DNA of 64,000 nucleotides from the NCBI RefSeq assembly GCF_009914755.1, contig NC_060930.1; one strand, written 5' to 3'. The translations under genes and the position numbers were made by a program. The DNA is from the human T2T-CHM13v2.0 reference genome, Homo sapiens. Below, piece after piece: positions 59,395-64,000 of this stretch; position 1 is the stretch's first letter; the number at the start of each line of letters is the position of its first letter. The notes under the pieces are model-generated. The model was not told the origin of the DNA. It worked only from the letters and a program-made list of their open reading frames with translations, and did not search any database.

Positions 59395-59769
59395 TCATAT
59401 GGTTTGGCTGTGTCCCCACCCAAATCTCATCTTGAATTGTAGTTCCCATAATCCCCATGTGTCATGGGAGGGACCCGGTGGGAGGTAATTGAATCATGGG
59501 GGTGGTTACCCCCATGCTGCTGTTCTAGATAGTGAGTTCTCACAAGATCTGATGGTTTTATAAGGGGCTTTTCCCTATTTTGCTCAGCACTTCTCCTTAC
59601 TGCCACCATGTGAAGAAGGACGTGTTTGTTTCCCCTTCTGCCATGATTGTAAGTTTCCTGAGGTCTCCCCAGCCCTGGGGAACTGTGAGTCAGTTAAACC
59701 TCTTTCCTTTTATGGGTTTACTCAGTCTTGGGTATGTCTTTATTAGCAGCATGAGAATGGACTAATGTA
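59395..59769 (+). mobile_element. THE1 (THE1D-like) solo LTR in PRIM2 intron
   Basis: atatggtttggctgtgtccccacccaaatctcatcttgaattg start; agcatgagaatggactaat end; 5-bp TSD GCTTT at 59390-59394 and 59770-59774. Confidence 0.9.
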
Positions 59770-60611
59770 GCTTTACATGCCAGGAAGAGGAGATGCTTTG
59801 TAGAGATGTATGGAAGGCAACACAACATGTGTATGCGGAAGCTTGGGACTGAAGGATTCTGCCTGGTAGCCTTTATTTTCTGTAAAGTAGGTGAAGTCAT
59901 CTGTTCAGAGAGAAGGGAAAGGTGCTATAGTAGGGGTCTTGGGACAACTGGTGAAGACTGACGATTTTCTGAGAAGTGAGGAAGGAGATGATTTTGTGTC
60001 GAATCTCAACACTGCTGCTTACTCTGGACAAGCTTTGTGACCCTGAACAAGTTACATAACTTCTCTGTGCCTCAGTTTCCTTATCTGTAAAATAAGATTA
60101 TAGTAGTGCCTCCCTCATAGGGTTTTTTTTTTTTTAAAGGATTAAATGGGTTCATGCCTTAAAAATTCTTAGGGCACCGCCTGGTACCTAGTGAGTGCTC
60201 AAGACATGTTTGTTCTTATTATTTTGGATCCAACTGTTGGTAAGGATCTAGTTGAGATTATAGGCCACGAAATTATATTTTCCAAATTCCCATAGTTGTG
60301 TTTTTTCTCCAGAGGTTCTTAGCATTTTGAGAATAGGACTGCAGAGTGTAGTTGTAGATTAAGAATCTAGGTTTTGCCAAATGGTTGAAATTAAAGAAGC
60401 TGAGGTTGGTGTAAGAAGTGGTTGAGGTGGTGAGCACCTTGGATATAGGCTGGATAAGAAGAAAATTAAAAGAGAGGGGTTGGTGGGAAGAAAATAGTGC
60501 GGTCCAAACTCAAGGGGTTTTGTCAAGATTAGTTTACTTCTCGGTTTCATCTGATTGATAGCTTAAGGTAAATGATAATTATCCTGAAAAGCATATTAAG
60601 AAATGTTTTGG

Positions 60612-60834
60612 CAATGAGAACACATGGACACAGGGAGGGGAACACCCCACACCAGGGCCTGTCAGGGGGTTGGGGTCAAGGGGAGAGACAGCATTAGGAC
60701 AAATACCTAATGCATGTGGGGCTTAAAACCTAGATGACGGGCAGCAAACCACCATGGCACACGTATACCTATGTAACAAACCTGCACATTCTGCACATGT
60801 ATCCCAGAACTTAAAGTAAAAAGGAAAAAAAAAA
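60612..60834 (+). mobile_element. Short L1PA8-like 3' end insertion
   Basis: L1 3' UTR and poly-A; TSD AAGAAATGTTTTGG at 60598-60611 and 60835-60848. Confidence 0.9.
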
Positions 60835-60848
60835 AAGAAATGTTTTGG

Positions 60849-61131
60849 GACTGGGTGTGGTGGCTCATGCCTGTAATTCTAGTGCTTTGAGGGACTAGAG
60901 TAGGAGTCTTGAAACCAGGAGTTCATAACCAGCCTAGGCAACATATTGAGACTCCATCATACAGAAGATAAAAAATTAGCGGGGCATGGTGGGTGTCGCT
61001 TGTAGTCCCAGCTGCTTGGGAGGTTGAGGCTGGAGGATCACTTGAGCCCAGGAGTTTGAAGTTACAGTGAGCTGTGATTGACCACTACTCTCCAGTCTGG
61101 GTGGTAGAGCAAGACCCCATCTCTAAAAAAA
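60849..61131 (+). mobile_element. AluJ-like
   Basis: Diverged dimer ending about 110 nt before a PRIM2 exon. Confidence 0.88.
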
Positions 61132-61240
61132 GAAATGTTTTTGAAACTTACTTTACCATTGGCTTAGGCTGGCTCAGTATTTCCTTACACCTCTTACCAT
61201 TCTAATGCATTTATTTTATTCATGTGTCATTATTTTTAAG

Positions 61241-61320
61241 GAAAACTTAGAAGATGAATATGAACCACGAAGAAGAGATCATATTTCTCATTTTATTTTG
61301 CGGCTTGCTTATTGCCAGTC
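61241..61320 (+). CDS. PRIM2: PRIM2 third coding exon (80 nt)
   Basis: Acceptor tatttttaag at 61231-61240; [26 protein letters not shown](S), containing the conserved primase large-subunit [13 protein letters not shown] motif; donor gtaagt at 61321 (phase 2). Confidence 0.98.
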
Positions 61321-62319
61321 GTAAGTATATGTTTATATTCTCACAGTCAAATCTGGTGTCATGGGTTATAAATTGGTGTGTGGTAAGTTGATGTGTTGTG
61401 CTAAACATAGGAAAACCCAGAATAACATCAGGAGCCGGTTGATCATGGGGTTGAACACTGACAGTAAATTGTTTGGAAGAAATTGTTTACTTAAAAATAT
61501 TGAAAAAAATTCTATCGCAGAATTTTGCCTGATGAAACACTTCTTAAGTTTGTGAGATAGACTCTTCATTTGGGATTTTAAATTGGAAAGGATTTTATTG
61601 GGAAGAAGGACTTTTGATATTTTTCCTGCAAAAAAATGGTAATATTTATAAGAAACAATTAATGAAACCCACACTTGAATTTGATACAGGTTTTTGGAAT
61701 TTGAGCTCTATGGGCCAGTTAAATCGAAGATATTTTTGTTTGGTAGTTGGTTTCTTTTAAGTTAATAGTGCCACCCAGAGGTAGTAAAGTTAGTTGCTTT
61801 TTTAAAAATTGTTTTTCCCTCACATGTTAATTTTGGTCACATAATTTAGTTATGGCTGTCTTTTTTTAAAATTAATAAGCTTATCAAGTGAGACTCTGGA
61901 ATTGCTTACTATCCCAAGATAATAATTGAGAAATTACTTACCAGTTTTGGTTCTAGAGTTTTTCTTCTGTAAAAAAGCATATGTAGTTTGTGAAATTTAT
62001 ATAATAAATATGTTGCTGACAATCTGTGAAAATCTCCTAAAAATGTGAAATCATATTTTGCATCCAGTAGGGTAATTATTTTATTATATAACGATAATGC
62101 CCATTAGTATCTGCCTTATAAATGAACGTTATTGCTTTTAAATATTGTGGTATATATGTGCATATTAAATTTTGTGAAATTATCAATTATAAAGCCATAA
62201 GCAAAGTTTCCTTTGCAAAGTTAATCTGATCAAAGTTGCCTTAAAAAATTTGGTGTCTTTTATTTGGCATTTATAAAGACACCTCAAGCCAAAGGAGTGC
62301 CCCATTTCCCCATTTTCTT

Positions 62320-62633
62320 TTTTTTTTCTCTTTTCTCTCTCTCTCTTTTTTTTTTTTGAGCTAGGGTCTCATGCCATTACCTAGGCTGGAGTACAGTGGT
62401 GTGATCTCGGCTCACTGCAGCCTCAACATCCGTGGGCTCAGGTGATCCTCCCACCTCAGCCTCCTGAGGAGCTGGGACTATAGGCACATGCTACCATGCC
62501 TGGCTAATTTTTTTGTAGATATGGGGTTTTACCAACTTGCCCAGGCTGGTCTCAAACTTCTGGGCTCGAGCAATCTGCCTGCCTTGACCTCCCAAGGTGC
62601 TGGGATTACGGGCATGAACCACGACGCCCAGCC
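62320..62633 (-). mobile_element. AluJ-like
   Basis: Antisense dimer with T/CT-rich tail. Confidence 0.88.
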
Positions 62634-62964
62634 CCTATTTTCTAACATAAAATGAATATTTTGCAGTTACATTAAATGCATGAAGTATTTTATGTTATTT
62701 AAAAATAATGCAGCTAGTCTCGAAGCATTCTTGTATTTAATCTTTTTAATTTTTAACACCCCCTATACCTTGTACCCAACCCATCCTTAGAAGATTGTGA
62801 TATGTGGTATTGATATTCTCCTTACCGTGATAGAGGACTTGCATGTTTTTAACTGCTGTCCATTGGCATCTTGCTGATGTTTGAATATTGTTTTATAAAC
62901 ATTTCTTAGATTTAATAATTACTGGATTTTTAGTTTGTACTCATAATTTCTGTCTTCATTTCAG

Positions 62965-63085
62965 TGAAGAACTTAGACGCTGGTTCATTCAACAAGAAAT
63001 GGATCTCCTTCGATTTAGATTTAGTATTTTACCCAAGGATAAAATTCAGGATTTCTTAAAGGATAGCCAATTGCAGTTTGAGGCT
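62965..63085 (+). CDS. PRIM2: PRIM2 fourth coding exon (121 nt); gene continues beyond the window
   Basis: Acceptor tcttcatttcag at 62953-62964; (S)[40 protein letters not shown]; donor gtaagt at 63086. The four exons total 459 nt = 153 codons with no stop. Confidence 0.98.
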
Positions 63086-63477
63086 GTAAGTATATTTTTG
63101 TAGTTATTTCTAATTGTTCTCACCATTCATTTTTCCCTTCTGTCTTAAGTGCTGGTACTAATGTGTAGTGTGTTCTCTTTACATTCTCCAAGTACCTGCC
63201 TGAAACAGTAGCTAATAGCTTTGGATAACAATATATCTTTCCTTCTCTATGACTAGAAGAAAAGGACTCCTTAATAACAAAGTCTCACACTTACTTGCTC
63301 TGTTAAATGTGTGCTTTATTAAAGCACAAGAAGGTTTAGTTTATAAAGGTTCATCTTTAACCAAAATTTTGTCGGCCAAAATAAAGCTAATAATGTGTTA
63401 AACTAGACAAGTGGTAGTTTCTTATTTATAGTCGTGAAATTTAGAGGAGGTAATACTTTATTTAAAAGTCAGTTGTC

Positions 63478-63783
<306 letters not shown>

Positions 63784-63932
63784 TCAAAAATGTCAGTAAG
63801 ATCTGTATGAATAGTTTTAAAAAATAATTTTGCAGACATATCTGAATGATTTACATATTGTAATTATATAAAAAAAGAAGAGATCTTTGGGACTCATTTA
63901 ATGGGGATGAGTATTGGAAATAGAATTTGTAT

Positions 63933-64000
63933 CTTTTTTTTTTTTTTTTTTTTTTTTTTGAGATGGAGCCTCACTCTGTCATCCAGGCTGGAATATGCAG
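63933..64000 (-). mobile_element. Alu 3' end, cut by the window edge
   Basis: Long poly-T followed by gagatggagcctcactctgtc. Confidence 0.85.

Noticed and set aside
54655-63085. Possibility that this is a PRIM2 pseudogene or partial duplicate
   Set aside because: Promoter, start codon, all splice sites and frame are intact and match the PRIM2 protein as I recall it.

Overview
Hominoid (almost certainly human) genomic DNA containing about 54 kb of repeat-dense upstream sequence and the 5' end of PRIM2 (DNA primase large subunit, p58) on the + strand. The gene portion comprises a CpG-rich promoter, a non-coding first exon ending at 54740 and four coding exons (codons 1-153) with canonical GT-AG boundaries; it continues past the window. 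Upstream are a full-length minus-strand L1PA3/4-type element inserted in an Alu tail, two tandem plus-strand L1s, an SVA_A-like element carrying a twin-primed L1PA2-like insert and an apparent 3' transduction, about 30 Alus, LTRs and old L1M/L2/MIR/DNA-transposon remnants. I see no new protein family or prokaryote-type system. The most interesting signals are: (1) several independent traces of local templated sequence exchange between neighbouring L1s, Alus and unique DNA; (2) an open L1 ORF0/antisense promoter pointing at PRIM2, with a mutated YY1 site and splice phases compatible with in-frame fusions; (3) the three-level SVA/L1 nest; (4) repeated reuse of the same insertion target sites; (5) a uORF in PRIM2 exon 1; and (6) a near-perfect hairpin upstream of the promoter. 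Repeat subfamily calls come from remembered consensus sequences and need RepeatMasker/Dfam confirmation.
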